Below are positions 9,058 to 19,700 of a stretch of 48,240 bases of DNA, one piece after another (the stretch's first letter is position 1; each line of letters begins with the position of its first letter). The notes beneath the pieces are model-generated. The model worked only from the letters and a program-made list of their open reading frames with translations. It made no database searches and was not told the DNA's origin. The position numbers and the translations under genes are program-made. Origin of the DNA: Calditrichaceae bacterium (GTDB taxonomy: Bacteria > Calditrichota > Calditrichia > Calditrichales > JBFXGD01); contig JBFXLE010000028.1 of the NCBI GenBank assembly GCA_050173015.1, positions 1 through 48,240 on the forward strand, given 5' to 3'.

Positions 9058-10119
9058 ATGGGAAAAAAAATTGCCGTATTAATCATTGTAACGCTTCAAG
9101 TTTTTGCGGCCGGCTGTGGACGGGACACGGGTCTCAGCAGAAAGGATTCAGTTGTCCAGGTTAGAGGGGTCCCTGTATTTAACCTGCCGCTGTCCGCAGA
9201 ATTGGCCGGTGATGATACTGAGATTTCAGGTCTTGCTTGGTACAATAATTACCTCATTATTCTTCCACAGTATCCAAAACGGTTTCCAAGTGAAGGTGAC
9301 GGAGCGATTTTCGCTATTCCGAAGGCCGAAATATTGGAACGGTTGGAATCAGGTGACAACAAACCGCTGGAGGCGATAAAAATTCCGGTTTTTGGGCAGG
9401 GGCTTAATAAAAAAATTATTGGCTTTGAAGGATTTGAAGCAATAGCATTCAGGGATAGTACGGCATATTTGACGATAGAGAGCAGAGAAAACAGGAAAAT
9501 GAAAGGACAAATTGTCGCGGGGGTCATGAAATCCGATCTCAGCGGGCTTTATATCGAATCAAACAGCCTTAAAGAGATACCGTCCGATGTGAATCTTCGC
9601 AATATGGCGTTTGAATCACTGGTTATCACGAATGACGGGGTACTGGCGATATATGAGGCGAACGGCATCAATGTGAATCATTTGCCGCGGGCGGTTTTGT
9701 TTGATTTTTCACTAAATCTAAAATCCCGAATTACTTTCCCCGCGGTTGAATACAGAATCACGGACGCCACGCCTACCGATTCAGACAATTGTTTCTGGGT
9801 TATAAATTATTTTTTCCCCGGTGATAAGAATCTGTTAAGGCCGCCGAGAAACAGTTTTCCCCAAAGACATGGTGAAAACAGATCTGATTTCGCGAATTTA
9901 GCGGTAGAAAGGATCATTGAACTGCAATACAGTGATTCTAAAGTTTCAGCGACCAATCGAGAGGCGATAAGTCTAATGCCGGCGTCCGGCGGCGATTCGC
10001 GGAACTGGGAGGGTATTGTTATATTAGAAAACAAGGGCTTTATCATGGCTACAGATAAATTCCCGAAAACTATTCTGGCGTTTATTCCCTTCGATAACAG
10101 CCAAAACCACGGGAATTAA
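9058..10119 (+). CDS. Lipoprotein, probable beta-propeller (phytase-like/SdiA-regulated-like)
   Basis: ATG 9058 gives MGKKIAVLIIVTLQVFAAGC (lipobox); repeated EISGLAW / FEAIAF / FESLVI / WEGIVI blade motifs. The ORF-track start at 8791 overlaps the upstream gene. Confidence 0.65.
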   Translation: MGKKIAVLIIVTLQVFAAGCGRDTGLSRKDSVVQVRGVPVFNLPLSAELAGDDTEISGLAWYNNYLIILPQYPKRFPSEGDGAIFAIPKAEILERLESGDNKPLEAIKIPVFGQGLNKKIIGFEGFEAIAFRDSTAYLTIESRENRKMKGQIVAGVMKSDLSGLYIESNSLKEIPSDVNLRNMAFESLVITNDGVLAIYEANGINVNHLPRAVLFDFSLNLKSRITFPAVEYRITDATPTDSDNCFWVINYFFPGDKNLLRPPRNSFPQRHGENRSDFANLAVERIIELQYSDSKVSATNREAISLMPASGGDSRNWEGIVILENKGFIMATDKFPKTILAFIPFDNSQNHGN

Positions 10120-10421
10120 GAGGACAGATAGCCCCATCTAAAATGCCGTTCTAATTCTTCCACATAAATAGATGTCCTCCGTTAAATTAAATATAACATA
10201 AATTATATTATCATTTTTTCCGCAAGTCCATTTAGTTATATTTTCAGGTAAACTAATAAGAAAAGTGAAGCGACAAACTAAAAATCGCTTTAAATTGCTG
10301 ATTGTCAAATACATAAAAAATTAAATAGTTTTCAAATTGTAGATAATTTTTGCTGTTTCAAAGTAATTGTTATGATTCTCGGGTAGATTAATTTTTTACA
10401 AATCAATTTAGGGAGATTCAA

Positions 10422-11015
10422 ATGAATATCATTGAGAGAGTAAAAAGAATATTGATGACACCTGCAACGGAGTGGGAAATTATCAAGGCGGAGCAGGCCT
10501 CTGTATCGGGTTTGTTCTCAAATTATGCTGTTATCTTAGCGGCCATACCGGCGGCGGCGGGTTTTATCGGTTTTAGTTTTTTTGGTATTTCATCCGGTTA
10601 TGGTTCATTTAAATTTTCTATTGGAACAACCTTAACCTGGGCGGTTGTTTCATATATCATGTCATTGATTGGCGTGTTTGTAGTGGGCTATGTGATAGAT
10701 TTTTTAGCTCCAAATTTCGGCTCAACAAAAGATCTTGTATCATCCATGAAAGTGGCGGTTTACGCGTACACCGCGGCATGGGTCGGCGGAATCTTCAATC
10801 TGATTCCTTCACTCGCGATTGTATCTGCCCTCGCCGGAATATATTCACTCGTTCTTTTATACAAGGGAATCGAAAGTATTAAAATGCCGCCTGCAAATAA
10901 ACTTGTCAGTTATTTCGTGGTGACTCTCCTGATTGCCATTGTTATTTTCTTTATTACAGGCGCTCTGTTGTCCCCGATCCTGATGAAGGGGAATGTAATG
11001 TACGGAACACTTTAA
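10422..11015 (+). CDS. Yip1-family membrane protein
   Basis: IIERVKRILMTPATEWEIIKAE, five TM helices, LAPNFG, YAYTAAWVGGIF, YSLVLLYKG; RBS GGGAG. Confidence 0.85.
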   Translation: MNIIERVKRILMTPATEWEIIKAEQASVSGLFSNYAVILAAIPAAAGFIGFSFFGISSGYGSFKFSIGTTLTWAVVSYIMSLIGVFVVGYVIDFLAPNFGSTKDLVSSMKVAVYAYTAAWVGGIFNLIPSLAIVSALAGIYSLVLLYKGIESIKMPPANKLVSYFVVTLLIAIVIFFITGALLSPILMKGNVMYGTL

Positions 11016-11029
11016 GTTCTGAATATGCC

Positions 11030-11064
11030 TAACTTCTGAAAGGCCAGGGATGGCTCAGAAGTTA
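11030..11064. terminator. Hairpin between convergent genes (probable bidirectional terminator)
   Basis: TAACTTCTGA(11030-39)/TCAGAAGTTA(11055-64) 10-bp stem, 3-nt bulge, GCCA/TGGC stem, GGGA tetraloop; overlaps the stop codon of the minus-strand gene. Confidence 0.5.
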
Positions 11065-11957
11065 TAAACAAAATCCACCCAGGGAATTCCCGGGAATAAC
11101 GCGTCTTCTCCAAGCACATTAAAAAAACCAAGATCGAAACTCATTGATTCACCGAAAAATCGTAATCCATACGAAATCAGAGGATTATCAACACCGGGAA
11201 ATATCCAGTTTTCACTTACAAAGGCAACCCGTCGAGCAAAACGGTTTTCCACGCCGATCATAAAAACCGGTTCGTTGGCAACATCACCTGAAGCAAATCC
11301 GTATCCAAGCCCGATAGAAATACTGCGGTCCGCGCTGCCATAAGTGCCGACACCATAGAGAATTCCGAATGTACCAAAATCATCTTCGTCCGGAATTTTT
11401 ATGATCAACGCGCCCGCCGCCAGATTAATATCATCAGACTGAATAAGACCGATTTTTGGTGTAATGAAGAATAACTGGTCATTCATATTCACGCCGGGAA
11501 AAATAGAAAAACCGCCGCCGATTGTCAGCCGGTCGGTCAAGCCATAGGCAATCCCGGGGAAAAAGATATAATAATCGGAAAAATATCCTTTACCCTTTTC
11601 CAGCATCCTTCCTGTCGGCGCGAAATAAAGTCTGGTATAATTCGGATTTGGAAACCAATAATTGCCTCCCCTGATAGATTTTGCGGGAACCTCATCTATT
11701 TTTTTAATACGGGAAATTTTGAGCGAGATATTTCCCATTTCTGTTTGAAACAGAATCATATCATCCATAATGTCTATGATTCTGCCGATGAGAGTGGACC
11801 CGTCCATAGTAGTGATCATCTGAACGGTTGAAGAATCCGGAATCTGTAATTGGTAAATGACTTTCTTCTCCTGCCCGTAGCCTGTTAATGTAAAAAACAT
11901 CACAAATAACAGTGAAATCGCGGGCGCGATTCCCTTGAGTAAAGAGATAGTTCTCAT
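11055..11957 (-). CDS. Putative outer-membrane protein (small N-terminal domain plus beta-barrel)
   Basis: Start ATG 11957 after GAGGT; signal peptide; TRLYFAPTGRML.KG.GY motif; beta-strands; C-terminal WVDFVYNF. Confidence 0.6.
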   Translation of the reverse strand: MRTISLLKGIAPAISLLFVMFFTLTGYGQEKKVIYQLQIPDSSTVQMITTMDGSTLIGRIIDIMDDMILFQTEMGNISLKISRIKKIDEVPAKSIRGGNYWFPNPNYTRLYFAPTGRMLEKGKGYFSDYYIFFPGIAYGLTDRLTIGGGFSIFPGVNMNDQLFFITPKIGLIQSDDINLAAGALIIKIPDEDDFGTFGILYGVGTYGSADRSISIGLGYGFASGDVANEPVFMIGVENRFARRVAFVSENWIFPGVDNPLISYGLRFFGESMSFDLGFFNVLGEDALFPGIPWVDFVYNF

Positions 11958-11995
11958 TTTGACCTCACAAATAAAATGCAATATAATATTTTACA

Positions 11996-12955
11996 CTATG
12001 CGCGGCTGATTAAATAGACCGTATATACTACATAAATGACCAGAAAAAGAACCGCTTCCCAGCGGTCAAGAGTACGTTTTTTTCCGGTAAACATCGTAAA
12101 GAAGAGTAAGAAGGATGCCGATACTAAGACCATCAAATCCAGATTCATCGCTGAATTGAAGGGTAACGGACGAATGAGAGCGGATACGGCAAGAATGAAA
12201 AAGATATTGAAGATATTTGAGCCAAGAATATTTCCCATCGCAATATCAGACTGTCCTTTGTGAGCAGCGACAGCGGAAGTAAACAGTTCCGGCAGCGAAG
12301 TTCCTATGGCGACGATTGTCAAGCCGATAATGCGGTCACTAACATCAAAATACCGGGCAATGTCAACAGAATTATTCACAACAAATTGTCCGCCAAAAAA
12401 CAAACCTCCCAGGCCCAGTAAAATATACAGAACCATTTTGACCGTATTCATTTCAGTGAATTTTTCCGCGTCATCAGTTTCGACTTTTGAGATCGCAAAA
12501 TTGTAAATTAAAAAAATGATAAAAAAGAATAGAAGTACAATCCCCTCACTCCTCGACATTAAGTTTTCCGATTGATCAAAAATAAAATCATTGCACATAA
12601 ATATTAAGACAAGAGAACCGAGGAGGGCAAAGGGGATTTCACGCCAGACCGTATTCCGGTGGGTTGAAATCGGATTGATCAAGCCTGCAATTCCCAAAAT
12701 CAACAAAATGTTTACAATATTGCTGCCGATTATGTTTCCAAAGCTCAGGTCCGTGTTTCCCCGAAGGGAAGCAATAATATTAACCACTAATTCGGGAGAA
12801 GATGTGCCAAAAGCAACGATGGTCAGACCGATAACCATAGGTGAAATAGAAAAACGAACCGCCAGGGAGGCAGAACCTTCGACAAGGAGATCAGCGCCTT
12901 TGATTAAAAGTAGGAAACCGAGCAGTAATAACGCAGAATTCAAAAATAACGACAT
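11996..12955 (-). CDS. yrbG: Ca2+/cation antiporter (CaCA superfamily, YrbG-like)
   Basis: Two alpha-repeats: GLTIVAFGTSSPEL...GNIIGSNIVN and GLTIVAIGTSLPEL...GNILGSNIFN. Confidence 0.92.
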   Translation of the reverse strand: MSLFLNSALLLLGFLLLIKGADLLVEGSASLAVRFSISPMVIGLTIVAFGTSSPELVVNIIASLRGNTDLSFGNIIGSNIVNILLILGIAGLINPISTHRNTVWREIPFALLGSLVLIFMCNDFIFDQSENLMSRSEGIVLLFFFIIFLIYNFAISKVETDDAEKFTEMNTVKMVLYILLGLGGLFFGGQFVVNNSVDIARYFDVSDRIIGLTIVAIGTSLPELFTSAVAAHKGQSDIAMGNILGSNIFNIFFILAVSALIRPLPFNSAMNLDLMVLVSASFLLFFTMFTGKKRTLDRWEAVLFLVIYVVYTVYLISRA

Positions 12956-13044
12956 TTTATGGTTTCCTTGTTCTAATATTACCGTTTATCTTCATAGCAA
13001 TGTTTCATGTGTCACAACAAAGATCGCGAATATTCCTGACAGAA

Positions 13045-13932
13045 TTATTTTGTTTTTTTGCCGTTTTGGTGAGGGTCGACATCCTCATTGTTAATGATCG
13101 CTACGGGAAAAGGTTTTGTTTCTGATCCGGTGTATAAAGAAATGTGAGGGAACGGAATTTCAATGCCTTCGTCATCAAAACGATTCTTAATTTCTTCAAG
13201 AATGCTGTTTTTTAATTTGAGAAAATCCGCTTTCACTGCCCACACGGCAAAGAGAAAATCAATGGATGAATCTCCGAAACCGGAAAAGATAATCAAAGGT
13301 TCAGGTTCCTGAAGGCAAAGCGGATTCTTAGCGGCTATATCCATTAAGACCGATTTAACCTTACCGACATCCTCTTTATAAGCAACCCCGATATTTACAT
13401 CCAGCCGGCGAATAGGAAAGCGGGTAACGTTGGTTACCTCACTTTTTATAATAGTTTCATTCGGAATTCGAATAAATTTGTTGTCAAAGGTTCTGAGTTT
13501 GATGGATAATACATCAATGGAGAGTACCTGTCCGGTGGTGCCGCCGACAGTGATGACATCATCAACCATAAATGGTTTTTCGGCGATCAGAAAAAGACCG
13601 CTGATGATATTTGAAACAGAAGTCTGAGAGGCGAATCCAAGCGCGATTCCAACAATTCCGGCGGCGCCAAGGAGATGAGATAACTTAAATCCAAAATCAT
13701 TTAAAATGGAAAAAATAATAATGATGACGCCTGAATACATAACCAGCTTACCGAAAATCATCCCCTGCTGGGCGCTAAGTTTTTTAGTGAAATATTTTTT
13801 GATGCTTTTGCTTAACATAAAAGTCAGCGGCAGGCCTATAAAAATAAGCGCAAGAAACCGAATGATGGCGGAAGTTTTTTCTTCCGTAAAAAAATGGCTA
13901 AAGTCAAGCCCGAGTGAATGTAAAAATTCCAT
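13045..13932 (-). CDS. Small-conductance mechanosensitive channel (MscS family), third copy
   Basis: AAGIVGIALGFASQTSVSNIISGL, EKPF..DDVI, IRIPNE, FSGFGDSSIDF, GIEIPFP. Confidence 0.92.
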   Translation of the reverse strand: MEFLHSLGLDFSHFFTEEKTSAIIRFLALIFIGLPLTFMLSKSIKKYFTKKLSAQQGMIFGKLVMYSGVIIIIFSILNDFGFKLSHLLGAAGIVGIALGFASQTSVSNIISGLFLIAEKPFMVDDVITVGGTTGQVLSIDVLSIKLRTFDNKFIRIPNETIIKSEVTNVTRFPIRRLDVNIGVAYKEDVGKVKSVLMDIAAKNPLCLQEPEPLIIFSGFGDSSIDFLFAVWAVKADFLKLKNSILEEIKNRFDDEGIEIPFPHISLYTGSETKPFPVAIINNEDVDPHQNGKKTK

Positions 13933-13943
13933 ATCAGTCTCTC

Positions 13944-14744
13944 TTAATTTGTGAAAATTCCCAGTCCGGGAAGATCCTTCAACGTTGAAAATGTTTTGAT
14001 CGAAAGACCTTTTTTAGATGTAATCCGGGCTGTATTAATGAGTTTTGCTGATTTTGAGTCAACCGGCGGTCCCTGCGGAAAATCAATCTGGCTAATTTCC
14101 TGTTCACCCTTATAAATGATGTTTGTATCACCGGCCCAGAGCTGGTTGTTTTCCATATACAAAGATAAATTGGTAACCCGAAGAGCTAATTTTTCTACCA
14201 GCAAATCCTCATGAGATTTATTAGATAAAAATATGGGGCAAATGGCCATATAGGGGCGATCGGGATCAATTTCAATCTGACGCCGCACCCCTGAAGAAAC
14301 CCAATAGCATAGTTCGCCTTCAAGAAAAGTTCCGAACCATGTATTTGACAATATGATCGTAGGTATGTCTAAAAGCGGGTAGGAATGTCTCCCGGAAATA
14401 CCAAGCTGAATCCAGACTGGAATGCGGACATAAATCTGAGCATGACTGTTTTTAACTATCCGGAACGGAGATTCAGGTTTTATGATGACTGGCCGGTCAG
14501 GCATTTGAGGTTTTAACTGCAGCCTGGTTATTTCTTTTTTGACCGCCCAGCGAGACCAGTTTGTTTTTTCGCTGCTGATTTTCTTGCTGATATTATTATC
14601 TTTCCGGCTATGAAAATATTCATATCTGGCCATGAGTTCGTTTCTGGAACACATAAACGAAATTTTAAGATTTCCAATGGAGTAATCTTGTGGATCTGTG
14701 GAAATAGTTTCGTAATCCTTCCAAGTGAATATCGCTTTACGCAT
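13944..14744 (-). CDS. DUF432 domain protein
   Basis: PDRPVIIKPESPF.I, IYVRIPVWI, LSNTWFG...EGELCYW pattern; family assigned from recollection. Confidence 0.7.
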   Translation of the reverse strand: MRKAIFTWKDYETISTDPQDYSIGNLKISFMCSRNELMARYEYFHSRKDNNISKKISSEKTNWSRWAVKKEITRLQLKPQMPDRPVIIKPESPFRIVKNSHAQIYVRIPVWIQLGISGRHSYPLLDIPTIILSNTWFGTFLEGELCYWVSSGVRRQIEIDPDRPYMAICPIFLSNKSHEDLLVEKLALRVTNLSLYMENNQLWAGDTNIIYKGEQEISQIDFPQGPPVDSKSAKLINTARITSKKGLSIKTFSTLKDLPGLGIFTN

Positions 14745-14850
14745 CCGCTATCCTAACATCTTATTCCAAAAACAATATTGTCTGTAATTTAGTAATAAAG
14801 TGATTATAGTACTAAGAATAATCTGTAAAAAGATAAAGAACAATTAAATA

Positions 14851-15744
14851 TTAATTTCCTGAATCTCTTCGAAGCTCCTTGATTGGAAGCGGTTCAGCGC
14901 TGCGAAGATGTAAATCTCTTTGTGGAAAAGGTATTTCTATTGAATTTTCCCTGAACTTACGGACGATCGCGCAATTAATGTCAGAGCGGATTATATGGTG
15001 TCTTTTGGTGTCAAGAATCCAGACTCGTAGAAGCATGTTCCAAGATGAGTCGCCAAAACTTGAAAGCAGAACATCCGGTTTGGGGTTTTTTAAAACATCC
15101 GGGTGGCCGCCGGCGACTTCTTCCAGGCTATTCAGCACGGCATCCAGATCAGATCCGTAGGACACCCCGACTTCAATTACCAGTCTGATTTTTGGGTCTC
15201 CGTGTGTCCAGTTTATGACATTCGAAGATACAAATTCAGAATTCGGTACTATAATAGTGATATTGTTAAGCGAACGAATTGTCGTTGACCGGAAATTAAT
15301 GGCTATCACATCACCCTCTGTATCACCAACCGTCACACGGTCACCGATTTTAATCGGTTGCTCAAAGAGCAGAATGAGCCCGGCCACAAAATTGGATGTC
15401 ACATTCTGCAGACCGAATCCGATACCGACGGAAAGCAATCCAAAAATGACAGCTAACCCGCCGAGATTGATTCCGACAAACTGAAACGCGACAATTGTAC
15501 CGACCACCATAACGGAGTAATGAGTAATCCTGAGCATCATGAATCTGGTATTTGTTTCAAGTTGAAGTCTGGCAAAAACTCTTTCCAGCAACATCCGGTT
15601 AATGATACGGGACAAAATAAAAAACATGATCATCATTATAATGAACATCAGTATTGAAAACATGGTGACCGGAGTCTGATTCAGCTCAAAGAGCGTAACA
15701 TTAAGAATTTTGGAAATAACATGCGAAATTGCCTGAAGATCCAT
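14851..15744 (-). CDS. MscS-family mechanosensitive channel, second copy
   Basis: GLLSVGIGFGLQNVTSNFVAGLILLFEQPIKIGDRV, IIVPNSEF, VGVSYGSD, FGDSS, IEIPFPQRDLHL. Confidence 0.93.
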   Translation of the reverse strand: MDLQAISHVISKILNVTLFELNQTPVTMFSILMFIIMMIMFFILSRIINRMLLERVFARLQLETNTRFMMLRITHYSVMVVGTIVAFQFVGINLGGLAVIFGLLSVGIGFGLQNVTSNFVAGLILLFEQPIKIGDRVTVGDTEGDVIAINFRSTTIRSLNNITIIVPNSEFVSSNVINWTHGDPKIRLVIEVGVSYGSDLDAVLNSLEEVAGGHPDVLKNPKPDVLLSSFGDSSWNMLLRVWILDTKRHHIIRSDINCAIVRKFRENSIEIPFPQRDLHLRSAEPLPIKELRRDSGN

Positions 15745-15814
15745 TGTTTATCCTGTTCGAAAGTTGTTAGAAACGTTATAAATTATAATCACAGATCAAC
15801 ATTTAAAATTCCTA

Positions 15815-16774
15815 TTAGTTTTTGCTGTTGATAAACGACATTTCTTCCGCAGTGATCAGTTTATGATTCAGAAACTCAGAAATGACAATTTCAGTCATCT
15901 CGCTGGCAAATGAAAATTCATAGCGAATGTCATTTACATAAGCCTTGAGACGCATTTTTAACAATGACCGTCCTTCATGTATTTCATTCTTGATAATAAT
16001 CGCGATCGGTTTGTTCAGATAAATAAATTTGGATACCGCGGCAGCGCGATAAGCGATTTTTTTAGCCCGGATAAGATCGATATCAGGCGGCAGAAAAAAC
16101 TCAGCGACGACCTGACAGTTGGATTCCCCCGAGTTCGAATTTGAAACGGACTGATTCACGATTTCACTGTTTGGGATGGATACAAGCGAATCGTCCGCCG
16201 TAACAATCCGCACGGTTCGCAGACCGATTTGAACCACTTCACCATAGTGTGATCCGACCTCTATCTTGTCACCGGCCTGAAAGGGACGATCAAACAAAAT
16301 CATAATACCCCCAAAGATATTTTTAAGGATATCCTGCGAAGCGAAGCCGACCGCTATGCCGGCCGAAGCGGTGACGGCGATCAGGGTTTCGATGGGAGGC
16401 GCGATAATTCCCGCGATGATGATATAGAGTACAAATGTCCACCCGACAATTCGTAATATGGGGACAAGTCCTTTGATAGTAAGTCTCAGATTGCTGAAAC
16501 GTTCCGCAAGAGCTTCAAGAACACGGGTCAGATATTTAATGGAAATAAACGCGATAAGAAAAATCAGAAAGGACCAGATTATTTTCCCGAAAGATATGGA
16601 CCAGGGAAGTTTTGGGCCGGAATCACCAATCTTTTCCCGGATATTGCTTATGGCCGAGACAGAATCCTCCTGAGCTATGGTATCATTCACCGCTTGTCCG
16701 TAAGAAGGCTGGTAATCAATAATCCCAAAGATGACAACCAAAATGAAAAGTGCAGATAAAAATGATCTGTTCAT
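15815..16774 (-). CDS. MscS-family mechanosensitive channel, first copy (N-terminal signal/extension)
   Basis: AGIAVGFASQDILKNIFGGI..FDRPFQAGDKI, GEVVQIGLRTVRI, SIPNS; RBS AAGGA overlaps the upstream stop codon. Confidence 0.9.
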   Translation of the reverse strand: MNRSFLSALFILVVIFGIIDYQPSYGQAVNDTIAQEDSVSAISNIREKIGDSGPKLPWSISFGKIIWSFLIFLIAFISIKYLTRVLEALAERFSNLRLTIKGLVPILRIVGWTFVLYIIIAGIIAPPIETLIAVTASAGIAVGFASQDILKNIFGGIMILFDRPFQAGDKIEVGSHYGEVVQIGLRTVRIVTADDSLVSIPNSEIVNQSVSNSNSGESNCQVVAEFFLPPDIDLIRAKKIAYRAAAVSKFIYLNKPIAIIIKNEIHEGRSLLKMRLKAYVNDIRYEFSFASEMTEIVISEFLNHKLITAEEMSFINSKN

Positions 16775-16783
16775 ATTAAATCC

Positions 16784-19700
16784 TTATTGGATAATATTCT
16801 TTGCTTTTAAAATTCTCATCAACGGGCGATATAAAAATGGATGTATCTGGTATCCGCGTTCTTTCTTTATAATGAGACCAAGGTTTGCCATTCGTGTAAG
16901 CTGCAATAAACTATGCTGACTATTTTGATGAAAAATAAGCGCGTGGATTTTTGGAGAGAGCGTTTCATGCTGGAAGATGGCTCCCAGAGTAAAAAGGTCT
17001 TCTGCCGGGAAACCATACAGAAATGAATAATCGACATCAATATCAGCGGTCAGTATAATTTTATCTGATAATATTTCTTTGATGGAACGCAGCCAGTACA
17101 ACATAGCAACCGTAACATTTCCGGACGAAAGATCATTTAATTGATTAAAAAACAGTGTCTTGAGAAAGTTCTGCCGGTCTTTATCCGTCGAAAGTTTTTT
17201 AAATTTCCGGTTGGTTCTTATACTTTCGTTATCTTCGAATTCAAGATTATATCCACTCACGCGGTGACGTTTTAAGATAATTAACTGCATTTCAGACATT
17301 GGTAGAGCGCCCAGGAAGATCTCCTTATTGAAGAATCTTGAAATGCTGATGACCTTGTCCAGATAGTTCCAGCTGTAAAGTGTGCAGGAGACAAGCCAGA
17401 AAATTTTACCGTGTGTCCGTGAAACGAGAAGAAGAAACCGTTCGATGCTTTCAAAACCATCCACGACACGGATAAATAAGTTCTGTATGTTCTCAACTAT
17501 GCAGATATGCTTTTCTTTGCTGGCGAGAATCCATTCTTCAAACTCATCCAGATCCTCAATGTGCCCGGCATTAAACGCGTTTTTAAGAAGAACAAGTAAA
17601 TCCTGATTTGTGTATGATTTATCGAGGATGTCGAGTAAAATCATGCCATGATTCTGGAAATATTTTTTCTCCGCGAACTTCATCAGGGTCGTTCTGCCGC
17701 TGCCTCTCTCACCGATCAGAACCGTAGAAGCATACTGACCGTTTTGCCAGTCATTAAATTCACTTTCAATCATCGCCATTTCACTATTTCGGCCGGCGTA
17801 AAATCGTTCATCCTCGAGTGGTTCGAACCGAAAAAGTCTCTGATAGACATAAGGTAGTTTTGAAACCTGGGATTGGGTGTCTGAAAGAAACACACTTAAT
17901 TGGTCTTCGATGACTGTTTCCGGCTTAACGAGTCCGGTCATTTTTCTGAACTTTGAATACTCCCCCCAGATCTTCTTAAAATTGGTGGTCACAAAAACAA
18001 AAATGACCGGTAGGATCGACTTTACAAAAGTGATTGCTTTGTGCCGGTATTCCCTGATCCTTTCTTCCGTTTTGGCTCTTGCTAACCGGATTTTCAATTC
18101 AATTATTTTTTCGTTGTCGGCAAGATTTTGTATTTCATGTTCAAATTCTAGAGAACGCTCAAAAAGCTGCAGGTTGCATTCTTCCGCGATATTGACGCTT
18201 TGAGAAAGCAAATCGTTAAATAGTTTCTCAGCTCTTTCAAATCCGCCGAGCACTACTTTTCGCGCCTCGTTGAAATTTGACTCTGAGTCTTCCTGATTAA
18301 TGAGATTTAATCCGGCCTCAAGATTAAATTCAACTACCTGGTCGATTTCAGAGATGGTACGTGAAATACTCTCCAGATTTTCTCTTATCGTATCAATAAA
18401 TTTATTATATTTGCCCGAAAACCGAGACAGGATTTCGGTATCAACGAGCTCTTTGAGAGGTATATCGTCAATTTTTGATTTTGGCGGTGTATTTTCATCA
18501 TCACGATATACAAAAATAACATGTTCTTCAGAAAGAATTCCGCGAGCCTTATCGAATTCGGACGAATAGTTCTCCAGTATTTGTATAATCTGCGTCTGAA
18601 CTATCATATCCAGTACATGCGGTAGTTTTACATATCTTAACTCTTTGATGAGATCGCGGTTTTCAGTGGTTATTGCCTGTTTAAGCGCTTTGGCTGATTT
18701 CGGGGCGCGTAATTTTTCAGCGGATTTTGAAAGCAGATCAATCACTTCTTTAATGGATGGCTGCATCTTTTTTTCAATCTGGTCATAGAGCCGGCGAATT
18801 GTACTCTTGTAGATCTGACTGAGTTTTAGCTGCAGAATAGAAAGTTCCAGACTGTTTTGCCAGTCTTCCCGAATTCCCATAAAATGTAAATCCCATGCTT
18901 CCCGAATTTTCTTAAAGCTTTTTTCTAGTGAAGCCCACTGTTTGTTGAAACCGTTTTTTTCAAATGTTTTGACAGGGTGAAGAAAAGTGCCTGCCAGCTC
19001 CCAGTTGCTGTGAAACCGAATTAACACATTTTCAAAATTTTGACTAAACCGGCTTTGTGTTTCTGATTTCAGTACAGTTGAATCAATCTCAGAAATCCGT
19101 AATTCTTCCAGGATCTCATCAAAAATCGTTACAGGAATTCTAAGTTCTTTCTTTTCCTCTTCGGTGTATGATTTCAATTTTTCGAGCGTGATTCCTTTTT
19201 CCTTAAGTCTTTCAACACCGGATTGAAGTCCGACAAACTGCGAAGACGCGGATACCAGAAAAATCTGCCATTCCTTTAAAATATATTCCACCACCGGACG
19301 CTCAACATGATCGGTGAGAAAATAATAAAGATCGAATTTTCTGGTGTGAACCGGCAGTTCTTTAGGGAGTTTTCTGACTAATTTCCTGAAGAAGTTTTTG
19401 ATTTTCAGATTGAACTTTAATGACCTGCGCTTTAATCTTTTATTGAATTTCCAGATACGGTCAGGCAAGGAATCGGTGCTAACCGGTTTCCAGAATTCTT
19501 CAGTCACCGGAATTTCAATTTCCTGGGGAAATTCAGTAAGCAGAAGCTGAAATTTTTCAAGCCAGGGCAATACAAACTCACGTTGCGACTGGTCTTTGCC
19601 GCTGTAGGAAAGGCTTTCAACCCAGGTAATAAGTTCGATAAAATTTAATTCCAGAATTTTCCATGCATCCTCAATGGAAAGTTCAAAATTTTTATCAGCC

